Source: Octopus bimaculoides (lineage: Eukaryota). Taken from it: 64,000 nucleotides of DNA. This document shows positions 28,379-40,154 of the stretch, piece by piece (the first letter of the stretch is position 1; each line of letters starts with the position of its first letter). The position numbers were made by a program, and so were the translations under genes. Below the pieces are notes generated by a model. The model ran no database searches. It saw only the letters and a list, made by a program, of their open reading frames with translations, and was not told the origin of the DNA. The stretch spans positions 43,169,124-43,233,123 of the forward strand of contig NC_068991.1 of assembly GCF_001194135.2 (NCBI RefSeq), in the 5' to 3' direction.

Positions 28379-28546
28379 ATATATATAAATTAACAGAATG
28401 AGATAAAAATCCAAGGCTGTGAAAAATTTCAGAACATTTATAAAGTGAAAGTCTTACAGCTGTTTCCGGGATATTATATATATATATATAGGAAAATGAA
28501 AAAAAGCCAGAATGCTGAACTGGGAGCATAATTTAATAAAGATTTT

Positions 28547-28587
28547 TTCTAACCGGTTTTCATTGCGATGAAGCAAATTATCAAGAA
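28547..28587 (-). ncRNA. Degenerate minimal hammerhead ribozyme
   Basis: Minus strand: TTC-TTGATAA-TTTGC-ttcatc-GCAAT-GAAAACCGGTTA-GAA. Stem I is TTC/GAA and stem III is the palindrome AACCGGTT, but the core CTGATGA is mutated at C3 and G8. Confidence 0.5.
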
Positions 28588-28589
28588 GA

Positions 28590-28907
28590 AGGAGAATGAA
28601 AATGTTTTTTTACAAAGAAGTACAAAAAAGTACAAAATGAAGAAAATAATATATAAAACAATAATATATAAAAAAAATTAAATATACCCATACATTATAT
28701 TGTCTTTGAGCTTTTGTAGTTCAATAGTAGTTCATGTATAAATTGGTAGGAAAATGTATACATGAACTACTATTGAACTACAAAAGCTCAAAGACAATAT
28801 AATGTATGGGTATATTTAATTTTTTTTATATATTATTGTTTTATATATTATTTTCTTCATTTTGTACTTTTTTGTACTTCTTTGTAAAAAAACATTTTCA
28901 TTCTCCT
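28590..28907. repeat. Perfect 151-bp inverted repeat with a 16-nt spacer, abutting a gap
   Basis: 28590-28740 is the reverse complement of 28757-28907. Confidence 0.9.
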
Positions 28908-29234
28908 NNNNNNNNNNNNNNNNNNNNNNNNNNNNNNNNNNNNNNNNNNNNNNNNNNNNNNNNNNNNNNNNNNNNNNNNNNNNNNNNNNNNNNNNNNNNN
29001 NNNNNNNNNNNNNNNNNNNNNNNNNNNNNNNNNNNNNNNNNNNNNNNNNNNNNNNNNNNNNNNNNNNNNNNNNNNNNNNNNNNNNNNNNNNNNNNNNNNN
29101 NNNNNNNNNNNNNNNNNNNNNNNNNNNNNNNNNNNNNNNNNNNNNNNNNNNNNNNNNNNNNNNNNNNNNNNNNNNNNNNNNNNNNNNNNNNNNNNNNNNN
29201 NNNNNNNNNNNNNNATATATATATATATATACAC

Positions 29235-29267
<33 letters not shown>

Positions 29268-31218
29268 CATATATATATATACATATAGCGGATGCACCAC
29301 TGGCATAGTGCTGCAAAAGTATTAAGGTTGAGTGACGGAATTGGGGTGCATGCGCTAGTTTATAGTCCTGGCGAAACAAGAGGTAATCAAAAGAGAGAGA
29401 AGGGGAGAGAGAAGTGAGATCAAGAGAGACAGAGTAAGGCAGAGAGGGCTAGTGGCTAGGAACACAAGGGAGAATTGAAAAATAAGAGTTTTCGGTCAGC
29501 TAATCTAAGACAGAATCATAGAGATGAGTAACTGTGTGATAAAAATTAAAATTGAATAACTTGAATAACTGAATGAATTGACGACATGGTAATGGACACT
29601 GAAATGAATTTGACGACATGGTGAATGAAACAGACAGACAGAATAGCGAAAGTACTAAGTAAGGTGTTATGAATTAGCGCATAAATAGGAAGGTATGAGC
29701 GAGGTTGGAAAGACAGAAAACATATCTCGTCATGATTCTGGGTTCGTATTTATTCGGCAGAGGTTCTAGGAGCGAAAACACACATGCATACATACATATA
29801 TATATGTATACAAATATACCTATATACATACATACATATACACAGACATACATATATACATACATACATATGTATATAAGGCAAATAAGAAAATGGAGAG
29901 GATATACAATCAACAAACATCAGCCAGTAAACATTCAATTATATCTATTTATTAAATGATTACAAACATGTGCAAGTGATACAAATTAACGAATGAAATA
30001 AGTCAATAACTGCATAAACAGATATTTATATACATATACATATATATATATATACTTCCAAGAGAGTTAGAGGTTGTGAATCCAACCAACTAAGGGATAA
30101 TATCTATCCAATATACTGCTGGTAGAATACTCAATTATTAATACACAAGTATTTTTTCATTGCATGGCACTTACACTACTGAATGCAATAAATGGGTGAG
30201 GGTAAAATTTGTTTTACCCTTAATTTATACGGCAATAAGAAAATGGAGGGGTTCAAGAGGTGGTATTCATCAACTTTTAGTCATTATATCATTTCAATTT
30301 TATTATTAAAAAAAACAAACAATTATAACAATATACATACATGTATAACATATGCTTTACATATATAAAAATACCAGTAATTATTAAAATATATAACGTA
30401 AAACATAGAAAGTAGAATATTCTANNNNNNNNNNNNNNNNNNNNNNNNNNNNNNNNNNNNNNNNNNNNNNNNNNNNNNNNNNNNNNNNNNNNNNNNNNNN
30501 NNNNNNNNNNNNNNNNNNNNNNNNNNNNNNNNNNNNNNNNNNNNNNNNNNNNNNNNNNNNNNNNNNNNNNNNNNNNNNNNNNNNNNNNNNNNNNNNNNNN
30601 NNNNNNNNNNNNNNNNNNNNNNNNNNNNNNNNNNNNNNNNNNNNNNNNNNNNNNNNNNNNNNNNNNNNNNNNNNNNNNNNNNNNNNNNNNNNNNNNNNNN
30701 NNNNNNNNNNNNNNNNNNNNNNNNNNNNNNNNNNNNNNNNNNNNNNNNNNNNNNNNNNNNNNNNNNNNNNNNNNNNNNNNNNNNNNNNNNNNNNNNNNNN
30801 NNNNNNNNNNNNNNNNNNNNNNNNNNNNNNNNNNNNNNNNNNNNNNNNNNNNNNNNNNNNNNNNNNNNNNNNNNNNNNNNNNNNNNNNNNNNNNNNNNNN
30901 NNNNNNNNNNNNNNNNNNNNNNNNNNNNNNNNNNNNNNNNNNNNNNNNNNNNNNNNNNNNNNNNNNNNNNNNNNNNNNNNNNNNGCTGAACTGGAAGCAT
31001 AATTTATTAAATTATGCTTCCAGTTCAGCATTCTGGCTTTTTTTCATTTTCCTATTATTTCTCCACGTGCGGTTAACACAACCCCATTATTTACTGACTT
31101 ATATGTATATATATATATATATATGTTATTAATAAATATCAGGGTAGGAAAAATTTTAGAAATTTTTACTACCAGTGGCCTAGCATGTAGAAAACTAGTC
31201 AATAGACGATATATTATT

Positions 31219-31488
31219 CATATAAATACAGTGTACATTTAAACACATAAGAGATGGCCATAATAGGATATCTAACACGCTAGGAGTATCTGAAATCCAA
31301 ACCACTATTAGGGGTAATTTCGAAGGGAATGAAACCATGGTCCAGGAGAAAGATGGTAAATGTTTTTATTTTCATTCCCTTCGAAATTACCCCTAATAGT
31401 GGTTTGGATTTCGGCTACTCCTTCTAGCATGTTAGATGTCCTATGATGGCCATCTCTTATGTGTTTAAATGTACACTATATTTATATG
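31219..31488. repeat. Imperfect inverted repeat (about 116-bp arms, 35-nt spacer), MITE-like
   Basis: CATATAAATACAGTGTACATTTAAACACATAAGAGATGGCCA...GGGAATGAAA is mirrored at 31370-31488 with a few mismatches. Confidence 0.8.
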
Positions 31489-31519
<31 letters not shown>

Positions 31520-33194
31520 ATGTATATATATGTGTATGTATGTATGTGTATGTATATACATATATACATGAGTGTGTATATGTGGATATGGGAGTGTGTA
31601 CATGTGTGTGTGGGGGGGTATAAATAGATATAGATATAAATATCCAATTACCTCAGTTTATCATTGGGATGTCACTCCATATTCTTATTAGCAATAATCT
31701 CTATGCATTCATTTTAAACACTAATTTTAAGCACCCATTAGAAACCACCAGTATTTGTACAGCTAGGTGGATTAAAATACATCTAAACATTAATACTACA
31801 TGTCTATCCCACCATCCCCACAAAAGCCAGTATAAGCCCCCATTGTAACTATAATAAACCCATATGGCTCTTAGGTCAATATTTTACAACTTTATAACCT
31901 GAAATAATTACAATACAACATATAGTAAATTACCTAAGTAATACCTGTGTTGAAACATGAATACTTTCTGCTAATATCCAGAATTGTTAATAATCTCAAC
32001 CTTATTTCTAATGTCTATGAATGTCTTACACCCTAGAATTAATTGAAATACAGTTACCCCCCACTTCAACTATAGCCTACAAGTCTAAAAAATATTTAAC
32101 CCAAACACGTCCACATTAATACTTGTACTTTCGGACTTTACTAGTAAACTTGTATACCCACAACGTAATAACACTCCATAAATACTATTCTAGTATATGT
32201 CTTAGCATGGCATCTCACCACTGATAATATAATATCAAGATATTTAACTACGATGGAACCTATTGGCATCTGTTTATCATTTGTTTACCCTTCAACTAAA
32301 CGCTTTTTCATCTATTTCTTCTTTACAGAAAACTACTTGTTAATTAGATATGTATCTCAGATATATTCAAATGAAACACTATTCACTTATCCATAAGTAC
32401 TTTCCTTGGCCCTTCCNNNNNNNNNNNNNNNNNNNNNNNNNNNNNNNNNNNNNNNNNNNNNCCCCCCGACTATTCATGCCTGAAATATTTATAATGGGAG
32501 GCAAGGTTCACGATATCGGATGAATATCGCCATCTCCCATTAAAATTGTTCGTTGTGTTGTTTCAGGCTCCAGCAGGCAAGGAAAGAAGTCTGAAGTGGA
32601 AATGCAATTCACAACCAGTTTTATTTACATAGTTACACAGAACAAATGATGGGTATCACTCTCAGTAGACCATCTCAAGCTGTGTATGTTTCATTGTATC
32701 TCCGTTTACATGAGCCCATTACCTCTGGAGATACGACGTGCACACAGGACTAGCCTGGAGACCCAGCCAGCAAATATGTGTGTCCAGCAAACACTTGCGG
32801 TGAAGAAGAGGAAGAGAATCCGTTTGTTGGGCCCTTATATCCAGTTTGCCATCGCGAGCCTTGTTGTGATCTCGCACATGGCAAATGGATGCAGGTGAGA
32901 TCTCACTCCAGTCTTGGAGATGGCAATGACTACCAGCGAGATCTCGTCCAATATGGTGCCGACTGCTTGTGCCACTACAAGGGCTTCCCCCTGAGAATGC
33001 CAGTGCGAAAACAGAATAATTAGAGCAGGCACAAGAAAGAGCAAAGATGGTAACTGATCGCAACAAACAAGATATGGTACAAAAGCGTGACAAGTCAAAT
33101 AGAAAAATAATTGCATGAAATATAAATTGGCATGCACAAAATTTGACAAAATATTCAATGGCAGAGTATTGGAACGGTTCAGTAACACAAGAAA

Positions 33195-33915
33195 TCAATT
33201 GTCAGTCACAGGAAACACAAAAGAGATTGTCAGATATAAATAGTTCGCCCAGACCGTTTTGGTAAGTTTTTTGGGCCAATGCACAGTACAGCCTGTCCTG
33301 GTAACATAAGATGTGTTTGTGTTAGGTTGTAGCAACGAAGGTGGAGGTGTAGGTGATGATGTGGTCAAAGGTGCATGAGAGGATGGTTGTAAAGGATCAA
33401 AAGTGGGCATGGCTGGAGTGTCATCAAAGGACATGGAAACTTCAAAATATGCCTTTTTCAGTCTGTCGACCGTAAAGGAGAAACCTAAGTCTGCTTTAAC
33501 AGCAGTGCAACAACCAAGAAGAAGAATAGGCAGGAATTCTGTCCAAGACTGCAGATCAGGAGTGGCACGTAGAGCAGCCTTCAGTTGCCTGTGAAGACGT
33601 TCGACCATCCTGTTGGAGGCTGAGTGGTAGCTGGTTGTACGAATGTGATGAACGCCTAGGATTCGTGATAATTCATGAAATAGGGAAGCCTCGAACTGGT
33701 GTCTGCGATCACTGGTTATTTTAGCTGGGACACCAAAGTGAGCAATCCAGTTAGAAATGAAAGCTTGACCCAGTTAGAAATGAAACTGACTCAACGGAAG
33801 TGTCCACTACTGGAATGGCCTCTGGCCAACAAGAGAAACGATCAACACATGTCAATACGTAAGAGAAACCGCAACTGACAGGCCATGGTCCAACCAGATC
33901 AATGTGGACATGGGA
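33195..33915 (-). mobile_element. Ty3/gypsy integrase remnant
   Basis: HSHVHIDLVGPWP..SYVLTCVDRFSCWPEAIP, then WIAHFGVPAKITSD and TSYH..NRMVERLHRQLKAAL, ending TRTGCTVHWPKKL. Confidence 0.9.
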
Positions 33916-33974
33916 GTGGGGTGTGAGGGTGGGGGTATGTGGGAGTCGAATGTGTAGGATGGTTGGGGTGGGAT

Positions 33975-34640
33975 GGGATGAGAAGTGTTCCATGAACCGG
34001 TCAGCCAAGCGGCGTCCCATTTGACCAATGTACAGAGAGAGCAGGAGATGCAGTAGATGACATTACTAGAAGTGCAGGTGAAGGAGTCAGTGATATGATA
34101 GGATCGATGATGGGTGCCAGTGAGGATGGTGGTGCTGGAGAGGTAAGGCCAAGTGCGGCAGCGTGGGCAGGAGCAGGGGAACGAGCCGGGTTGGGAGGTT
34201 GAGTTAGGGAAGAAACTGTGGAACAGGAGGTCACGTAGGTTGTGGGCTTGTTTGAAGGAGGGGAGGGGTTGGTTAGTGGAGGAGTCAGACTGGAGTTGCC
34301 GGAAGGCTCAGAGAATGGTATGTTGGAGAGGCAAGGTGGAAGGGTGGTAGGTGAGGGTAAACGGGAGATGGAGGTGCAAGTGTGGGGGGAGAGAGCAGAT
34401 GCACGGTCCACAGAACGTGCTCTGGCAAGGGCGGTATGGATAGTGGTGAGGGGATATCCACATAGGATGAAGCGGCGAACCATGAGTTGAGTCTCAAAGT
34501 CATGGTTGTCACTGCAGAGCCTGTGCAGACAGAGGAATTGGGAATAGGGGATGGAGAGCTTGGTGTGTTTAGGGTGGGATGAGGAGAAGTTGAGGTATGA
34601 GTGTGAGTCTGTGTGTTTGTAGTGGATGGAGGTGGTGAGA
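33975..34640 (-). mobile_element. Penelope-like element fragment (RT C-terminus plus GIY-YIG)
   Basis: SDDHDFETQLMVRRFILCGYP..ALARARSVDRASAL..., then FTCTSSNVIYCISCSLC..LYIGQMGRRLADRFMEH (VIY-YIG). Confidence 0.88.
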
Positions 34641-34644
34641 ATGG

Positions 34645-37633
34645 ACTGATGAAAAAGACCCTATCTTGTGAAGAATGTACACCCCTCCATCCAGAAGGAT
34701 GCCAAAAAGTAGACCAATCTGGAAAAGAAAGACTTGGAAGCTTAAGAACCCTTCACATGGTCAGAGATTTAGGGATATCCTTACTGAGAAATTTGATGAT
34801 AGGGAGGAGCTACAGTCCTGTGACATAGAAGGCAGCTGGGAATTTCTGCAAAACAACTTGCTGAGCACCACAGACCAAATCTGTGGCTGGTGCAAAGTCC
34901 CTTCCAGACCTAAGGTAATGAGGTGGTGGAACAATACTGTAGACAGGGCCATTAGAGCAAAGAAACAGGCCTGGAAGAGCTGAGGTAGCAGGAGAATGTA
35001 TCAATTAGCCAAAAAGGAAGTTAGGAGACAGGTATATAAAGCCAAGGGAGTAGCAGAAAAGAAGAAGTTTGCCAATGTTCAGCAATGTGAGAACCAAAGA
35101 ACTGAAGTATTTCAGATTGCAAGACAGTATGTGAGAGAAAACCATGATGTCATAGGAGAGAAATGTGTCCGCATGGATGATGGTGCCCTTACGCTTAATG
35201 ATTCTGCAAAGAAAGAGGCTTGGAGATGCCATTACGAAAGACTACTGAATGTGGAGAATGAATGGGAGGAGGAGAGTCTGCCAAAGATTGACCCAATTGA
35301 GGGACCATCTCCCCAAATTGACAGTACCCTGGTAGATAAAGCAATTAAAGATATGAAGACAGAGAAAGCACCTGGCCCATCAGGAATCACTGCTGAGATG
35401 CTTAAAATACCAGGCAGTGTGGGTTATGGTCTTGTCACCCACATCGTAAATCAGGTAGTTCATGAAGGAGTCATACTCAATGACTGGTGTAGCAGCACCA
35501 TAGTCAACTGCTACAAAGGTAAAATTGATGCTTTAGATAGAAATAACTAAAGGGGTATGAAATTATTGGATCAGACAGATGATCCATGAAAGTTACAAAG
35601 AGGGTCATAGTCCAACTAATTAGAGAGAGAGTTAGCCTAGATGAGATGCAGTTTTGTTTTGTGCCAGGCAGAAACACCACTGATGCTATATTTCTGGTAA
35701 GGCAACTGCAGGAGAAATATCTAGCCAAAGATAAGCCTCTGTACTTGGCTTTTGTTGACATGGAGAAAGTCTTCGACAGGGTCCTCCGACCCCTTATCTG
35801 GTGGTCAATGCAGAAACTGGGGATAGACAAGTGGTTGGTAAGAGCTGTACAAGCCCTGTACAGGGATGCTGTCAGTAAGGTGAGGATTGGCAACGAGTAC
35901 AGTGAAGAATTCCAAGTAGAAGTAGGGGTTCACTAAGGATCAGTCCTCAGCCCCCTCTTATTCATTATATTCCTCCAGGCAATAACAGAAGAATTCAAGA
36001 CAGGATGCCCCTGGGAGCTCCTCTATGCTGATGACCTTGCTCTAATAGCCGAGTCACTTCCAGAACAAAGATTAGGGTGTGGAAGCAAGGTCTACAATCA
36101 TAGGGCCTTAGGGTTAACCTCGCAAAAACCAAAGTCTTAGTAAGTGGGAAGGCTGACAAATCACAAACCCCTTCAGGTAGGAGGCCCTGCTCGATCTGTA
36201 GAAAAGGCATGGATAGAAACTCCATACTATGTATCCAGTGTAAGCTATGGACACATAAAAGGTGCAGCAATATCAAAGGAAGGTTAACTGGGAAGACAGC
36301 TTTTGTGTGTGGCAGATGCACAGGGGCAATAAACACTGAAGATGTACAGAAAACAGATTCTATCACATGCTGGGACAAAAACTAGTAGTAGTTAATAGCT
36401 TCCGCTACCTAGGCAACCAAGTCTGTAGTGGGAGTGATTGCTCTGAAAGTGTAACAGCTAGAATAAGAATAGCCTGGGCAAAGTCCAGGGAGCTCCTATC
36501 TCTGCTGGTAACTAAGGGCCTCTCGCTCAGGATGAAAGGTAGACTGTATGATGCATGTGTGCAAACTGCCATCATACACAGCAGTGAAACATGGGCCATG
36601 ACTGCTCAGGACATGCGTAGGCTTGAAAGAAATGAAGCTAGTATGATTCGCTGGATGTGTAATGTCAGTGTGCATACACAACAGAGTGTAAGCGCTGAGA
36701 GAAAAGTTGGACATAAGAAGCATCAAATGTGATGTGCAAGAGACGACTGTGCTGGTATGGTCATGTGTTACGTATGGATGAGGACAGCTGTGCGAGGAAG
36801 TGCCACTCCCTAACTGTAGAAGGAACCTGTAGAAGAGGCAGACCCAGGAAGACATGGGATGAGGTGGTGAAGCATGACCTTCAATCTTTGGGCCTCACAG
36901 AGGCAATGACAGGAGACCAAGACCTTTGGAGATATGCTGTGATTGAGAAAACCTGGCAACTAAATGAGATCACAGCCACAGCCGACGCCAGTGTTGCATG
37001 TCTGGCCCATTTAAGAGTACCCTTGATGCATCAGGCAATATGATATGCTTGAGAGGACCTGTTGAGTCAAGTAAAACCAAAATCGTAGCTATTGCCAGTG
37101 CCCTCTGACTGGCTCCCATTCCAGTGACACATAAAATGCATCATCTGAATGTGGGCACTGCCAATGTCCCCTGACTGGTTCCCGTACTGATGGCACATAA
37201 AAAGTACCATCTGAACGTGGTCGATGCTACGTCTGCCTGACTGGTTCCCATGCTAGTGGTACGTAAAAAGCACCATCCATGCGTGGCCAATGCCAATACT
37301 CCCTGAATAGCTCCTGTGCTGGTGGCACGCAAAAAGCACCATCTGAACATGGCTGATGCCAGTACCCCATGACTGGCCCCTATGCTGGTGGCACATAAAA
37401 AGCACTATCCAAACGTGATCGATGCCAGGCCCGCCTGACTGGCTCCTGTGCCGATGGCACATAAAAAGCACCAACTACACTCTCGGAGTGGTTGGCGTTA
37501 GGAAGGGCATCCAACTGTAGAAACATTGCTAGATCAGATTGGAGCCTGGTGCAGCTGCTGGCCCTCCAGACCTCAATCAAACCTTCCAACCTATGCCAGC
37601 ATGGAAAACGGACGTTAAACGATGATGATGACA
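34645..37633 (+). mobile_element. RTE-clade LINE, 5'-truncated, with stops and frameshifts
   Basis: KAPGPSGITAEML, QFCFVPGRNTTDAIFLVRQLQEKY..VDMEKVFDRV, GVH*GSVLSPLLF, LLYADDL, C4HC3 finger, RRLCWYGHVLRM..GRPRKTW, then a 3' UTR with 66-nt units and a (GAT)n tail. Confidence 0.95.
37091..37480 (+). repeat. Six tandem 66-nt units in the RTE 3' UTR
   Basis: TGCC starts recur at about 37093, 37159, 37225, 37291, 37357 and 37423. Approximate consensus: GATGCCAGT.CCCCTGACTGGCTCCTGTGCTGGTGGCACGTAAAAAGCACCATCTGAACGTGGCC. Confidence 0.85.
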
Positions 37634-37834
37634 TATACATATAAATATATGCACATACATTAACCCATATATATATACATACATACATGCATATATATGC
37701 ATACATACATATACACATACACATGTACATACATGCATATACACACACATATACATATAAACACACACACACACACACATATAAACACACACACACACAC
37801 ACACATATAAACACACACACACACACACACATAA

Positions 37835-37931
<97 letters not shown>

Positions 37932-38825
37932 CATACACACACACACATATACACAATCATTCAGTAATAACATATAAATACTCATACATTTCCTAATTGA
38001 CATCAGGGTAAATGAAATCTATCAATCCTCTGAACTTGATACTAAAAGTGAAATTTTTACGCAGTAGATATTTATTCCCTTACACTTCAAAACATGAGGA
38101 CTAACTAAATTGGTAGTGCGTGAGCATGTCTCTGTAACCTGGTTCGCAAACTTATCTGATTAGCATTATCTCTTTAACAGCCAGCAAAAAGTTAACAACC
38201 GGTTCTCGTTTAAAATATAATTAAGCCAGTCTCTTAGGCCGGAGCTCATCCCGGTTTCCGTAAAAAAAGCGACTAAGAATACAAGGTAGTCCCTTGAACG
38301 CGATGTCAGTCTGTAGAGACTCGCTGGTACTTTCAGCTGAGTGAACTGAAGCTCCGTAATTATGAAGTAATAAAGTTGGTGGATGGGCACACTTGTGTAG
38401 GTACGCATATATGTATATATGTACGTAATATGGCATACCTACACAAGTGTGCCTCCCCGATCTTGTTCCTTCGTAACTTTCAGAAAAATGGATATTTTTA
38501 AATGAAATTTACTCCAAAATACCTCTGTGTGTGTGTGTGTGTGTGTTTTACTCTTAATATTATAGTCCTGTATGAAATTGTTTCTAATAAATAAGCAATG
38601 TACCCACTTTCATCACCAGATATACGAGTGTCTTTTTTAATCTGACTTACGAAAACTTATTAAACAATGTGTGTGTATGTTGTATGTATGCAATAACTGA
38701 AAATTTGAAAAGACTGTCGCTATGCAACATGTTGAGCTTAAAACAGTGACATATGATGTCTGTTGGATGGCACAAACAGCAGATTAGCAATAATACGTTG
38801 AAAAATATAAGAAAAAAAATGAACG

Positions 38826-39208
38826 TAGGCGCAGGTGTGGCTGTGTGGTAAGTAGCTTGCTTATCAACCACATGGTTCAGGGTTCAGTCCCACTACGTGG
38901 CACCTTGGGCAAGTGTCTTCTACTATAGCCTCGGGCCGACCAAACAGGTGTGAGTGGATTTGGTAGACGGAAACTGAAAGAAGCCCGTTGTATAGATGTA
39001 TATATGTGTGTGTCTGTGTTTGTCCCCCACCATCGCTTGACAACCGATGCTGGTGTGTTTACGTCCCCGTAACTTAGCGGTTCGGCAAAAAGTGACCGAT
39101 AGAATAAGTACTAGGCTTACAAAGAATAAGTCCTGGGGTCGATTAGCTCGACTAAAGGCAGTGCTCCAGCATGGCCGCAGTCAAATGACTGAAACAAGTA
39201 AAAGAGTA
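38826..39208 (+). mobile_element. tRNA-derived SINE family A, full-length copy 56 bp from the EGLN1 exon 1 donor
   Basis: A-box-like TGGCTGTGTGGT, B-box-like GGTTCAGTCCC, body ACCTTGGGCAAGTGTCTTCTACTATAGCC, internal (TA/TG)n, and tail GACTGAAACAAGTAAAAGAGT. Confidence 0.88.
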
Positions 39209-39263
39209 ATTCTCTTTAGACAGTTGAGAAATAAGAAGCTTGAATAATGAAAACAGTACTTAC

Positions 39264-40154
39264 TTTTGTTCTTCCCTTGATGGTATATCGATCTAATTGT
39301 CCTTTACATGTGAGAATGAGAGAATCTGTGCGGTCGAGAAGGCCTTTAATATTTTTACAACCACTTTCACTACCGTCAACCCACATGATCATATCACCGC
39401 GTACTTTCGTTTCTTCATTTGAAATGATTTTGTTATTTACTAATAAACCTTGAGTGAAATTACCAGAATCGTAAAGAACTTTAGCTTCATTTAAAATAAG
39501 TTCTGCTTCTTTATCTCCAACGAAATTATCGACTAGACAAATACCATATTTCTTCATAGAGTCAATAACATAGCTCACGAGTTCTGTATTTAACGTCATT
39601 TTATGATGTGTCTGTTTAGATGGAGTGTGGACAATAGTCTGATCAGTTTTGGCACTGGTAGAATTGGGTTTTAATGATTGTAGTTCCCTGCTTGTATTTT
39701 CTTGCATTGAAACATTCTTGTTATTCGCAGACGATTTTGAGTTATTTTCAATTGCGACACCGGTAGATACTTCAGTCTTTTCTACGCTACTTAAATTTGT
39801 TGTTGATTTTACTTTCGATGAAATACATTCCTCGGTTGCACCACAAGGATCCAAGTGATTTGTTTTTGATTTAGGTTTTCTCTTGTTAGTTTTTTTGTAA
39901 ACTTCTTTGTTTTTTTTCTGTTGATTGAAAGACTCTGGTTCAGACGACGACGATGGAATTGAAGATGAAGGAATAGATGCTGACGAATTCAAGTCAGATC
40001 TTTGAGAACGTTGTTTACCTTTACACGATTTTTTATGAACCTTCCAGTCAGATTTCTGATGATCTTGACTACAATACCATGCATTCCTACACCCCCCACA
40101 CAAAGAAAGATTTTCGAATGTTCCACATAGTTGACAAATTTTAGTTGTTGACAT
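39264..40154 (-). CDS. EGLN1: EGLN1/PHD2 coding exon 1 (891 bp, 297 codons): MYND zinc finger, low-complexity linker, start of the prolyl-hydroxylase domain
   Basis: CQLCG..LCGGC..YCSQDHQKSDWKVHKKSC (MYND), then YGICLVDNF, FTQGLLV, VRGDMIMWVDG, GRTK|gtaagt. The track ORF 39216-40154 reads through this donor. Confidence 0.96.

Noticed and set aside
31700-32400. Non-microsatellite segment possibly coding or PLE-derived
   Set aside because: No frame gave a recognisable motif.
37091-37480. 66-nt periodic array as a possible CRISPR
   Set aside because: The whole unit repeats with no unique spacers, there are no cas genes, and it sits in a eukaryotic LINE 3' UTR.
37380-38003. ORFs of CV/YI/HT repeats (also 52-270, 29674-29959, 47701-48067 and others)
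   Set aside because: They are translated microsatellites with no coding evidence.
39216-39263. C-terminal VSTVFIIQASYFSTV of the 312-aa track ORF
   Set aside because: It is intron read-through past a strong GTAAGT donor.
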